Below are positions 10,485-19,651 of a DNA stretch of 64,000 bases, piece after piece. Where the stretch lies: NCBI GenBank assembly GCA_963767735.1, contig CAVYES010000005.1, forward strand, positions 256,001-320,000, read 5' to 3'. A program made the translations under genes and the position numbers. Numbering within the stretch: the stretch's first letter is position 1; every line of letters starts with the position of its first letter. The stretch comes from Candidatus Bathyarchaeota archaeon. Its GTDB lineage: Archaea; Thermoproteota; Bathyarchaeia; Bathyarchaeales; Bathycorpusculaceae. The notes under the pieces are model-generated. The model worked only from the letters and a program-made list of their open reading frames with translations, was not told the DNA's origin and ran no database searches.

Positions 10485-11749
10485 GCTTTTGCCTCCAGTT
10501 TTCTGGGGTCAGTGATTTTGCCTGTGACTGCTGAAGCAGCTACCGTTGCTGGAGAAGCTAAGTATACGCTGGCTTGGGTGCTGCCCATTCTTCCAATAAA
10601 GTTCCTGTTTGAAGTGCTTACGCAAACTTCGTCTGCTGCTAATAATCCTATGTGACCGCCTAAGCATGGACCGCATGCCGAACCGCAAACTATTGCGCCT
10701 GCATCAGTGAAGATTTCCAATAAGCCTTCGTTTAACGCTTGCTTGTAAACTTCTTGGGAAGCTGGAATCACAAGTGCCCTAACATTGTCTTTTACGCGTT
10801 TGCCCTTTAGGATTTGAGCGGCTAAGCGTAAATCTTCGATTCTGCCGTTGGTGCATGAACCAATAAACGCCTGCTCGATTGGAACGTTGCCTGCTTCTGA
10901 AATTGGCTTAACATTGTCAACCGATGATGGGCATGCTATTTGCGGCTCCATCTTTGAGACGTCAAATTCCACTGTCCGCTCGTAAACTGCGTCTTTGTCG
11001 CTTTTCAACGATTCAAAGTTGGGTAATGCTTTGACTCTGCCTTCTAGGAACTTGCGGGTTGTTTCGTCAGGTTCGATGATGCCGTTTTTGGCGCCCATTT
11101 CCACAGCCATATTGCACAGCGTCATTCTTCCCGCTATGCTCATGCTTTTTATTGTTGGACCCGTGAATTCAGTGCTTTTGTATGTTGCGCCGTCAACGCC
11201 CATTCGTCCGATTATTGATAAGATTAGGTCTTTTGGTGTAACGTACTTTTGAAATTGCCCAGTCACGTTTATTTTAATCGCTTCCGGCACTTTTAGCCAA
11301 ATTTTTCCAGTAGCAAAGACTGCTGCTGCTTCGGTTGAGCCTATTCCTGTTGCGAAAGCGCCGAAGGCTCCGTACGTGCAAGTATGTGAATCAGCGCCTA
11401 CGATTACTGTTCCAGGAACTACATGCCCTTTCTCCGGCATAACTTGGTGGCAGATTCCGCCTCTGCCTATGTCATATATGCGTATTTTTTGGTCTTTGGC
11501 GAATTGACGCATGGTCTTGTGCAGTTCTGCCGCTTTAACGGACTCAGCCGGCACCTGATGGTCCAGAATCACCACTGCTTTTTGGTTATCCCAAACTTTT
11601 TGTACGCCTATTTTTTTGAAGGCTTCAACGGCTAAAGGTCCAGTTAAATCATGCACCATTATCATGTCTACGTTTGCATCCACGATTTCTCCTGGGTGCA
11701 CAACTTTTTTTCCTGAAGCTTTAGCCAAGATTTTTTCTGTAATGTTCAT
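10481..11749 (-). CDS. leuC: 3-isopropylmalate dehydratase large subunit
   Basis: GICHQ, GADSHTCTYG, FIGSCTNGR, CGPCLG, STSNRNF. Confidence 0.93.
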   Translation of the reverse strand: MNITEKILAKASGKKVVHPGEIVDANVDMIMVHDLTGPLAVEAFKKIGVQKVWDNQKAVVILDHQVPAESVKAAELHKTMRQFAKDQKIRIYDIGRGGICHQVMPEKGHVVPGTVIVGADSHTCTYGAFGAFATGIGSTEAAAVFATGKIWLKVPEAIKINVTGQFQKYVTPKDLILSIIGRMGVDGATYKSTEFTGPTIKSMSIAGRMTLCNMAVEMGAKNGIIEPDETTRKFLEGRVKALPNFESLKSDKDAVYERTVEFDVSKMEPQIACPSSVDNVKPISEAGNVPIEQAFIGSCTNGRIEDLRLAAQILKGKRVKDNVRALVIPASQEVYKQALNEGLLEIFTDAGAIVCGSACGPCLGGHIGLLAADEVCVSTSNRNFIGRMGSTQASVYLASPATVAASAVTGKITDPRKLEAKA

Positions 11750-11857
11750 GTTTTTTTCTCTTCTTTTACAATTAACTGTTATTTTTGATTAATCTGCCGA
11801 GGCGGTTTCTCATTTTTGAGAAACGGAAAGTTAAGGGTTTCCGTTCGGAAAGACGAT

Positions 11858-12370
11858 TTATTCGTCTATTCTTACCGATTTTGCTCCTCTTGCCAATGCT
11901 GTTATGCCTGTTCTTGCAAGTTCAATGACGCCCGTTGCTTTCATCAAGTTTAGGAACGCATCAAGCTTATCAGGTGTTCCTGTGATTTCCACGGTTAAAC
12001 TGTCAGTGGAAACGTCAATGATTCGTCCTCGGAAGACTTCTACGCAGTTGATAATGTCAGAGCGATCTTTCGCTGTTGGAGAGTTAACTTTTATCAAAGC
12101 CAGCTCACGCATTACATAATTTCCCGGCTCCAGTTCCTCGACTTTAAGCACATCGATAAGTTTTGCGACTTGCTTGACGACTTGGATGATTGTTTTTTCA
12201 TCCTCGTTGACTGTTATTGTCATGCGCGCGATGTCTTTCCTTTCGCTCGGGCCGACAGTGATGCTTTCAATGTTAAAGTTTCTACGTCGGAACAGGTTTG
12301 AAACGCCGAAGAGCACACCTGGCTTGTTTTCGACAAGTACCGAAATTATTTTGGTTCTTCCAGCTTCCAT
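11858..12370 (-). CDS. ilvN: acetolactate synthase small (regulatory) subunit
   Basis: LVENKPGVL..F.RR.FNIESITVG; RELALIKV; ELARTG. Confidence 0.95.
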   Translation of the reverse strand: MEAGRTKIISVLVENKPGVLFGVSNLFRRRNFNIESITVGPSERKDIARMTITVNEDEKTIIQVVKQVAKLIDVLKVEELEPGNYVMRELALIKVNSPTAKDRSDIINCVEVFRGRIIDVSTDSLTVEITGTPDKLDAFLNLMKATGVIELARTGITALARGAKSVRIDE

Positions 12371-14097
12371 TAGTAGTCACCTCTCTGCTGTGGTAAACCG
12401 CAACCTGGCGGCACAAAGGGGACAACATCATGCTCCGAGCCTATAGGCACATCGATCACCGTTGTAACCTTACTGTTCAGTGCTGTCTTAACTGCTTTTT
12501 GGAATTCCTCCATTGATGTCGCTCGCAATCCCTGCGCCCCGTAAGCTTCTGCCAGCTTGACGAAATCTGGTGTTTTACCCAAGTGAACTGCCATGTAACG
12601 TCGTTTGTAGAGCATTCTTTGCCACTGAGCAACCATGCCCAGCACCGAATTGTTCAGCACTATAACGGTGACGGGAATCTTTTCCGTAACGGAGCATGCA
12701 AGTTCCTGCTCGCTCATTATGAAACTGCCGTCGCCTGCTATGTCAACGACTGGTCTATCTGGGCATGCGACTTTTGCTCCGATTGCAGCTGGAAAGCCAA
12801 AACCCATGGTTCCTAAGCCTCCTGAACTGATGAAGGATCGAGGCTTCAGAGCTTGGAAATAAAGCGCTGACCACATCTGGTTTTGCCCAACTTCCGTAGT
12901 TACTATCGCGTTTTCAGGCAGCAGCTTCCTTAACTCCATCAGCAACGCTTTCGGAACTATGTCTCTGGGTCTATCCTTCAGCAGGGGACTCAGCTGTTCT
13001 TTTGCTTCTTTAACCCGCTTTGCCCAAGCATTGCCTTCACTCTTATGCAGTTTATCGCTTAAGGCGGCAAGCAAAAGCTTCAAGGCTGCTTTGGCGTCGC
13101 CGACTATGGGCACATCAACCTCAATGTTCTTGCCGATTTCTGCTTCATCAATGTCTATGTGGATTTTTTTAGCTTCCCTCGCAAAAGTGTCCAAATTTGC
13201 TGTTGCGCGGTCAGAGAATCTTGTTCCCACGGCCAGTAGCACATCGGCTTCGCCTAGCAATTTGTTCGCCGCCGGGTTTCCATGCATTCCTATGCTTCCT
13301 ACCGACAGGGGATGCCCTTCGGGGAACGAGCCTTTGCCCATGAATGTTGTGGCGACTGGCGCCATCAACAGGTCAGACATCTGCATGATTTCGTCTGAAG
13401 CACTCGAGATTATGACTCCTCCGCCTGAAAGAATCAGCGGGCTCTCCGCTTTCGCAAGCAAACTGGCGGCTTCACTTATCTTAGTTAAGTCTATCTCGAT
13501 CATAGATTTGTAGCCTCTAGCTTCGATCTTATCAGTTACCTCCACTTCGCCAATATCTGACTGTACATTTTTGGGTAAGTCAATCAGAACTGGCCCTGGC
13601 CTGCCAGTGGACGCTATGTAGAACGCTGTATTGACGATTGTTGGAATTTCAGCAACTGTCCTGGGCTGAAAATTGTATTTGGTGATTGGGGTTGTAATGC
13701 CAATTATGTCGGCTTCTTGGAAAGCGTCCTTGCCGATAAAGTATGACGTGTTAATACCTGAGGACGGAACCTGCCCCGTCAATGCTATTATAGGTGAAGA
13801 ATCCATGTACGCGTTCGCTATGCCTGTTACCAAGTTTGTAGCTCCAGGTCCTGAGGTTGCCATACAGACTCCTACCCGACCGCTGGCTCTGGCATAGCCT
13901 TCGGCTTCATGCGCTGCGCATTGCTCATGCCTAGCGAGGATGTGCCTGATTTTCTTATTGCCGCATAATGCATCGTACACAGGCAATATTGCTCCACCTA
14001 AGATGCCGAATATAACATCCACGTTTTGTTGTTCAAGGGATTCTAAGAGTGCTTTTGCACCAGACATTTTGGTCATTTCATTGCTTCTCCAATACAA
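12370..14097 (-). CDS. ilvB: acetolactate synthase large subunit (true start probably 14076 or 14067)
   Basis: ARHEQ, TSGPGATN, GRPGPV, GQNQMW, GDGSF ThDP motif. Confidence 0.96.
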   Translation of the reverse strand: MYWRSNEMTKMSGAKALLESLEQQNVDVIFGILGGAILPVYDALCGNKKIRHILARHEQCAAHEAEGYARASGRVGVCMATSGPGATNLVTGIANAYMDSSPIIALTGQVPSSGINTSYFIGKDAFQEADIIGITTPITKYNFQPRTVAEIPTIVNTAFYIASTGRPGPVLIDLPKNVQSDIGEVEVTDKIEARGYKSMIEIDLTKISEAASLLAKAESPLILSGGGVIISSASDEIMQMSDLLMAPVATTFMGKGSFPEGHPLSVGSIGMHGNPAANKLLGEADVLLAVGTRFSDRATANLDTFAREAKKIHIDIDEAEIGKNIEVDVPIVGDAKAALKLLLAALSDKLHKSEGNAWAKRVKEAKEQLSPLLKDRPRDIVPKALLMELRKLLPENAIVTTEVGQNQMWSALYFQALKPRSFISSGGLGTMGFGFPAAIGAKVACPDRPVVDIAGDGSFIMSEQELACSVTEKIPVTVIVLNNSVLGMVAQWQRMLYKRRYMAVHLGKTPDFVKLAEAYGAQGLRATSMEEFQKAVKTALNSKVTTVIDVPIGSEHDVVPFVPPGCGLPQQRGDY

Positions 14098-14171
14098 TTA
14101 ATAGACTCTCGTCTAAAAAGAAATTGTTTGAAAACTTTTCGATGGCTGTTTCAAAGGGTTCCCTATAAAAA

Positions 14172-14222
14172 TCAAAGAACAAGTACCCGAAGATTCCAGC
14201 TATTGAGGTGACGATCCCTCAT
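14172..14222 (-). promoter_or_regulatory. candidate leader peptide MRDRHLNSWNLRVLVL of the ilv-leu operon
   Basis: 17-codon ORF with GAGG 7 nt upstream; last six codons L-R-V-L-V-L; followed by a hairpin and T-tract before ilvB. Confidence 0.5.
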
Positions 14223-14292
14223 CTTAATTCCTCTTGAAACTCTACGTTCCTTAAATTATCTCATTGAACAAATAAAAAGTTTACGGTGTTAC

Positions 14293-15723
14293 CAGTAGAT
14301 GGAAAAGTAGTTTATGATTCTGATGCTTCATTCACATCGTAATCATAACAATTCCTCGATCGGAGCGTTCTAAGCAAGCTTTTTCATTGAACAGTTTTAT
14401 ATCCTGAAGGCTTGAATAGTTGAGAAAGTGGCGGAGTTTAGGGTCTGATCTACGCGATCGAGTCCCTCGAACTGCATCTGAGAATGCTTACCGTCGAGGT
14501 GGCCCTAACCCGCCAATAACAAAGCCTTCAAAATGCACAGCCAACCGCGTCAACGTCAAAACTGGCCTATCAAACGCCTTCTTCAAAGCCCTGCAGAGCA
14601 GAAAGTTAGCGTAATGCCAAACATTGTAGAGCAGCACAGAAGCCATCTGGTAGAGCAGCCTAAGCTTGTAGTTGGTGCTTGTAGTTTTAGCCTGAGCATT
14701 ATCCTGCACACGATAACCAGTCTCAATACCCCACCTCCGCCTGTACTCAGAAGGAATAGACGACGGCAACGCAAGAGCCAAAGACCTTGGAAGATTCGTT
14801 GCAAAACCAAAATAGAGATCACAAACAGTAAGCTTCTTCTTTTTCGGCAACTGCCCTGCTGGTCGTTTATAGATGTAGAGAGTGAAGCTGACGCTTTTTC
14901 TTTTATTGCCCAAAGTGAAACGTTTGGCTCGCTGCTTCTGGTCATAGTTCATCATTGCTTCTTTGACTGTGCCATTCTTAACCGCTGGAATGATGAAATA
15001 GACGCCTAAACTCTTGAGCATAGTAATGACGTCTACTGTGAAGAATGCGCGGTCAAGCAGCACTATACTGATGTGTACCCCTCTTGCCTTTGCTTCAAAG
15101 AGTAGTTTCTCTACAACCTGTGCTTTCTCGCTGAACTGGTTTACGGTAATAGAGTAGATTGCTAATCGTCTTCCGGCTTCAACAATATCCATGCTGGCAT
15201 ACGTGTAGCCCCAATTTGTTCCTCTCTCCTGTTTGCCGCCTATCACATTCTTAGCGTCTGGGTTTCCGTAGAACGGTTGCCTGGTATAATCAATTGCAAC
15301 CACTGCTTTGCGTCTGAAGATGCTATAGCATCGTAGGATGAGTAGAACCTGATCGTTTGCTTCTATAAGTGAGTCTCGAATCTGCTTCTCAGCTAAACGC
15401 TCTATTCTTCCTCTGAAGGTTCTTCCCGTGGGAACCTTGTTTGGCATAGCGCATTTTTCTGAGAGGTCTAATAAGCCGCCTTCAGCGTAGCTTTGGGAGA
15501 GCGAGAGTTGGATTAGACATTGGTTGATATGACTGCTGGTGTAGAGGCTGTTTTTGGCTGCTGGAAACTGCAGGTAGTTGTTGAGCAGGTTGGCTGTGAA
15601 CTTGAAGACTTTGCTTGAAACTTTTCGTTCTTTTGATTTACGCTTTATCGTCTGAGCGCAAGATCTCAATTGTTTGCACTAAAATACTAATATCAAACCC
15701 TTAAGCTACTTTTCCATCTACTG
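14293..15723 (-). mobile_element. ISH3-family (IS4-like DDE) insertion sequence, 1431 bp
   Basis: Perfect 18-bp TIRs CAGTAGATGGAAAAGTAG (14293-14310 and 15706-15723); 5-bp TSD GTTAC (14288-14292 and 15724-15728). Confidence 0.93.
14488..15669 (-). CDS. ISH3-family DDE transposase
   Basis: AIDYT..PFYG, LLDRAF, YRRRWGIETGYR motifs; lies inside the TIRs. Confidence 0.92.
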   Translation of the reverse strand: MRSCAQTIKRKSKERKVSSKVFKFTANLLNNYLQFPAAKNSLYTSSHINQCLIQLSLSQSYAEGGLLDLSEKCAMPNKVPTGRTFRGRIERLAEKQIRDSLIEANDQVLLILRCYSIFRRKAVVAIDYTRQPFYGNPDAKNVIGGKQERGTNWGYTYASMDIVEAGRRLAIYSITVNQFSEKAQVVEKLLFEAKARGVHISIVLLDRAFFTVDVITMLKSLGVYFIIPAVKNGTVKEAMMNYDQKQRAKRFTLGNKRKSVSFTLYIYKRPAGQLPKKKKLTVCDLYFGFATNLPRSLALALPSSIPSEYRRRWGIETGYRVQDNAQAKTTSTNYKLRLLYQMASVLLYNVWHYANFLLCRALKKAFDRPVLTLTRLAVHFEGFVIGGLGPPRR

Positions 15724-15904
15724 GTTACTCTCATTTGTTTACAACTTTTTGTTAAAAATTACCTCGCCAAAGCCAACCTACAACTTGATTTCCAAGAAGG
15801 AGAAATAATGACGACTACGAACATTGTTTTTCTCTGACTATCATTGGGTAGTTGATAAAAGCACTTATAACCTGCATTCTCTTTTTCCTTATCTGTGAAG
15901 AAGT

Positions 15905-16090
15905 ATGTGTGAATTTAACATAATCCTCAACGGACAAGTGCAATTCAAAGACGTTATTTACGTTAAGGTTGAAGGAGATAACGTGACAGTTAAGAATATT
16001 TTGGGTGAAGCTAAAGAATTTAAAAATTGCAAGATTATTGAGGTTGACGTTAACTCTACCAGGCTAGTTCTTGCTTCATTGAAACCTTAA
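15905..16090 (+). CDS. CooT-family small nickel-binding protein
   Basis: MCE start, DV..V.VEG..V...ILGE...I.EVD pattern, 61 aa. Confidence 0.75.
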   Translation: MCEFNIILNGQVQFKDVIYVKVEGDNVTVKNILGEAKEFKNCKIIEVDVNSTRLVLASLKP

Positions 16091-16187
16091 AACAGTCAGA
16101 CTCGAATGCGCGCCTACATTTTCACATTTTTTCCAATACAACTCACAACTCACTATAGCAAAAGAGAACATAAAAAAAGGAAGAAGA

Positions 16188-16964
16188 TTACTGTTTTCTT
16201 CTATTATATGCATATACTCCAGATACTACCAAGACTGCGATTAGGGCTACTGTCACGATCATTTCGGCTGCGTTTGAAAATTCGGGTACTGTTGGAGTCG
16301 GTGATGTGGTGGTGCTGATTAGAGAGAATACTGGCTGGTAGCTGTATGTGTATCCGTATCCGTGGTCTACGTCGTAGGGGTTGTTTGTGGGTGTGTCTGT
16401 GAATGCGTATGCTCCGTGTGTTAGAGGATATCCGCCGATTACCCAGTTGTCGAATTTCCAGCCGCTTGCAGCAGTGGCTGTTAGACTGAAGGCTGAGGCG
16501 TTGGATAGGTCGTAGGTTCCTGGGCCTGGTGCTGTGGTTCCTCCCACTGCGGATAAAACTACGACAATTGCGTCAGTGGTTGTTGGTGGGGATGCTACGG
16601 TGATGGGTATTGTAAAGTTTAGTTCTGTATAAACTGGTTCTATAGTGTAGGTTGTTGCGGTGAATGTGGTTGTCAGTGGGTTTGATATGGATGATGTTGC
16701 TCCCGAAAGACTGCTGGAGATAATCCAGTAGCTGAATACGTAGTAGCTAGATGCTGGGGTTGCGGTAAAGGTGTACGATGATCCGGCAGTGTCGGTGTAG
16801 GTTCCTGCGGCTGGACTAGTTGTTCCGCCTATTGCCCCTAAAACAGTTACAGTGGCGTTTCCTTGTGCACTCACGGTTGAAACGCTTAAACATATGGCTA
16901 GTAATAGAAGTGCGGTTATCGAAGTTAAAACCAGAGTTTTTAATTTTTTTGAAGATTTTAACAT
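16188..16964 (-). CDS. secreted protein with two beta-rich repeats and a PEF-CTERM-like sorting signal
   Basis: Signal peptide; repeated GGTT.P..GTY...F...A.....F..W.I (InlB B-repeat-like); VPEF + TM helix + basic tail. Confidence 0.75.
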   Translation of the reverse strand: MLKSSKKLKTLVLTSITALLLLAICLSVSTVSAQGNATVTVLGAIGGTTSPAAGTYTDTAGSSYTFTATPASSYYVFSYWIISSSLSGATSSISNPLTTTFTATTYTIEPVYTELNFTIPITVASPPTTTDAIVVVLSAVGGTTAPGPGTYDLSNASAFSLTATAASGWKFDNWVIGGYPLTHGAYAFTDTPTNNPYDVDHGYGYTYSYQPVFSLISTTTSPTPTVPEFSNAAEMIVTVALIAVLVVSGVYAYNRRKQ

Positions 16965-17449
16965 TTTTATTCATGCTCGCAAAAACTATATGCGTTGTTC
17001 AAGGGAAACTGAATCAAATTTCACTATATTTAACTTTGTGACTGTATTATAGCAACAACAAAGGAAGCTAATAATGTTCCAGAAACAGCCTTTTCACATC
17101 CATTAATGTCTCATCAAGACCGTTAAACCGTGGCTCTCGCGCTCTGACTTGCCCCTTAATCATGTTGTAAAGCCTCGATCTTAAAAGAAACAGACACAAA
17201 CAATGCAAAACGTATAGAGGAGAATACTATACTAGCCGCTTCTACAAGTAAAAAGATAGCAAGTTGCGTCTAAGCATAAAGAAGCCAGCAAAATACCGCG
17301 AGCAGTTAATTAAGCCGAAAAGATTACCACTGTTGATACATCGTGAGAGGCTCGCTAAGCCAATTAGTTAATGCTGAGAACGTTTTTGCGACCAATTGGA
17401 GGCTTAACTTTTTCTGGATTTATATATTCTAAAATCAATAGGTTAATGG

Positions 17450-18160
17450 TTGCAAGACCAATTGGCAAGGAAACAACAGATGAGTAACAGGCAAAAGTTC
17501 GAGCAGGATTTAACCGTCCTATTATCAAGGTTAACAAAAGATTCCGATAAAAAAGCTGAAAACAAACTAAACATGCTAAAAGACTGGCTGGTAAAGCTGC
17601 AAAAAGAAAACATTTTAAAAATCAATCATTCCGTAATGGAGCTTGTTTGCGCCAAATATCTTATTCAAAAAGGCTACGAAGTTCAGCTTGAATATCCGTT
17701 AAACGAAATTTTAACCTGCGATTTATACGCCATAAAAGGTTATGGAAACCTAGTCGTTGAGGTAGAAACTGGTTATATTCCTCCTGAAAACGCTTTGGCT
17801 CCATTAACTTACACTTCTGCAAGGTTGGCAAGCAAAATAATACGGTACAGTAGTTTTGCAGGAAAATTCGCGTTAGGCGTACCACCACACTATATTCTGC
17901 CTTTTCCCCGTGCGCTTTCTAAACCTCCAAGAAACCGAACAGAACAAGAAATAACGCAAATAAAAAAGCTCTGTGATGCCTACTACCAGAAACCGCCTGT
18001 AACTCTTGAAGAAATACGCAATGCACGCATTCATGAAATCTACATAATTGATGTTGACCGGGCCAAAGTCCAAGAAATCGACCCTGAAGCTTACCTCAAA
18101 AGAGCAATGCAAAAAGGCATAGTATACGATTATCTTCCATCTGAAAATAGGGAACCATAA
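17450..18160 (+). CDS. conserved archaeal hypothetical protein, PD-(D/E)XK-like
   Basis: GYEVQLE...CDLYA.KG....VEVET arrangement. Confidence 0.6.
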   Translation: MQDQLARKQQMSNRQKFEQDLTVLLSRLTKDSDKKAENKLNMLKDWLVKLQKENILKINHSVMELVCAKYLIQKGYEVQLEYPLNEILTCDLYAIKGYGNLVVEVETGYIPPENALAPLTYTSARLASKIIRYSSFAGKFALGVPPHYILPFPRALSKPPRNRTEQEITQIKKLCDAYYQKPPVTLEEIRNARIHEIYIIDVDRAKVQEIDPEAYLKRAMQKGIVYDYLPSENREP

Positions 18161-18161
18161 A

Positions 18162-18431
18162 ATGCCATTTTACGTTTACATTTTACTTTGTTGCGATGGA
18201 AGTTTCTACACAGGCTACACCAAGAACTTAGATGTAAGAACAAAACTGCATCAAAACGGAAACGGCGCAAGGTACACAAAATTACACAAACCCCAAAGGA
18301 TTGCTTACGTTCAACTGTTTGATTTACGAAGCGAAGCCATGAAGCGCGAAAGGGAAATAAAAAAGCTGAGCCATCAACAAAAACTTGCCTTAGTAAGCTC
18401 ACAAAGCAAAAATAAACAAAAAACAGTTTAG
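18162..18431 (+). CDS. GIY-YIG nuclease (UPF0213-like)
   Basis: YVYIL.C.DGSFYTGYT..L..R...H..G.GARYT; AMKRE..IK. Confidence 0.92.
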   Translation: MPFYVYILLCCDGSFYTGYTKNLDVRTKLHQNGNGARYTKLHKPQRIAYVQLFDLRSEAMKREREIKKLSHQQKLALVSSQSKNKQKTV

Positions 18432-18517
18432 TGCAAATTTTTTTTATGTTTTTTATCAATCAGAACACGCATTCTGCATTCAAAAGAGTGCAACTCAATT
18501 GTCCAAATCACAATAAT

Positions 18518-19651
18518 CTAGCTAGTCTGTTGTTTTCCATTTTTGTAATTGTGCAGTTCCGATAATCTGAGAAGCGTCTCCTTGTAAACAGCAATCGCAT
18601 CCAAATACTCGCTTATCTCAATATGCTCATCCAACGTGTGATCAAGATGTGAGTCACCTGGACCATAAGTTACAATTGGCAAATTCATGGATTTGCCGAG
18701 GATGTTCATATCCCCTGTTCCCGTTTTATGAAGAAGCATTGCCGGTTTGTTTAGTACCTTTCTAACAGAAGAAGAAAGTAGATGCACCAATGGTGAAGCC
18801 TTGTTAACTTCGAATGGCTCGACGGTATCTTGAACGGTTGCTTTTACAGAAACCTTTGGATTGGCAGCTTGGTACTTGGTAATGATCTTCTCTATCTGCT
18901 CAAAAACCTGAGCAGTGGAAAACTGTATCGGCACTCGGACGTCAAGGTTCATTTCCACCTCAAAAGGAACAACGGAGGTTGCTCTTCCCCCAACAACTTT
19001 GACTAAACAGGCAGTCACAGCATTGTATGGACTAGCTGAAGGATCAAGCGACGGATATGAAGAAGCGTTTTTGATTTGTTCCCAAAGCTCATACGCTTTC
19101 TCCAAGGCATTATCGTAAAGCCAAGGCGTAGACGAATGCCCCGTTTCAGTTTTGCAAACGATTTTGAGTTGGATTTGCCCTTTGTAGCCGATGGTTATGT
19201 TCTCAACGCCGCTGGGTTCGCCGAAAATGGCGTAGTCAGCTTTAATTCCCTGGGTTATCAAGTGCTTGACGCCTCTGCTGGTGGCTTCTTCTTCAACAAC
19301 GCAAGCAACCAAAATTTCACCCTTAAACCCAGGCTCCTTAGCAGCTGCAACCGTAGCTATGATCATTGCGGCAAGCGGGCCCTTCGCGTCTACAGCACCT
19401 CGAGCGTAGATTTTGCCTTCTTCAATCCGAAGCGGCAAATGCCCTGCTACAGTATCCATATGCCCGCACAGCAGGATAACGGGCTCGCCTTCACCTACGA
19501 CGCCGATTACATTTCCAATAGCGTCTTTGCCAACCTCGAAACCCATCCGCTTCATTTCATAGGCTAAGAAGTTAGCTGCGTCCTCTTCTTTTCCTGAAGG
19601 GCTATAAATGCCCAGAAGGTTAGTTAGAAACCGTACTGCTTGCTCGCTCAT
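18518..19651 (-). CDS. lysK: [LysW]-lysine/ornithine hydrolase (M20 family)
   Basis: GHMDTV, GAVDAKGP, VEEE, GEPSG, YGPGD..LDHT..E; start moved to in-frame ATG 19651. Confidence 0.9.
   Translation of the reverse strand: MSEQAVRFLTNLLGIYSPSGKEEDAANFLAYEMKRMGFEVGKDAIGNVIGVVGEGEPVILLCGHMDTVAGHLPLRIEEGKIYARGAVDAKGPLAAMIIATVAAAKEPGFKGEILVACVVEEEATSRGVKHLITQGIKADYAIFGEPSGVENITIGYKGQIQLKIVCKTETGHSSTPWLYDNALEKAYELWEQIKNASSYPSLDPSASPYNAVTACLVKVVGGRATSVVPFEVEMNLDVRVPIQFSTAQVFEQIEKIITKYQAANPKVSVKATVQDTVEPFEVNKASPLVHLLSSSVRKVLNKPAMLLHKTGTGDMNILGKSMNLPIVTYGPGDSHLDHTLDEHIEISEYLDAIAVYKETLLRLSELHNYKNGKQQTS

Noticed and set aside
17050-17400. Coding-like hydrophobic stretch on the minus strand
   Set aside because: Broken by stops and no family recognisable
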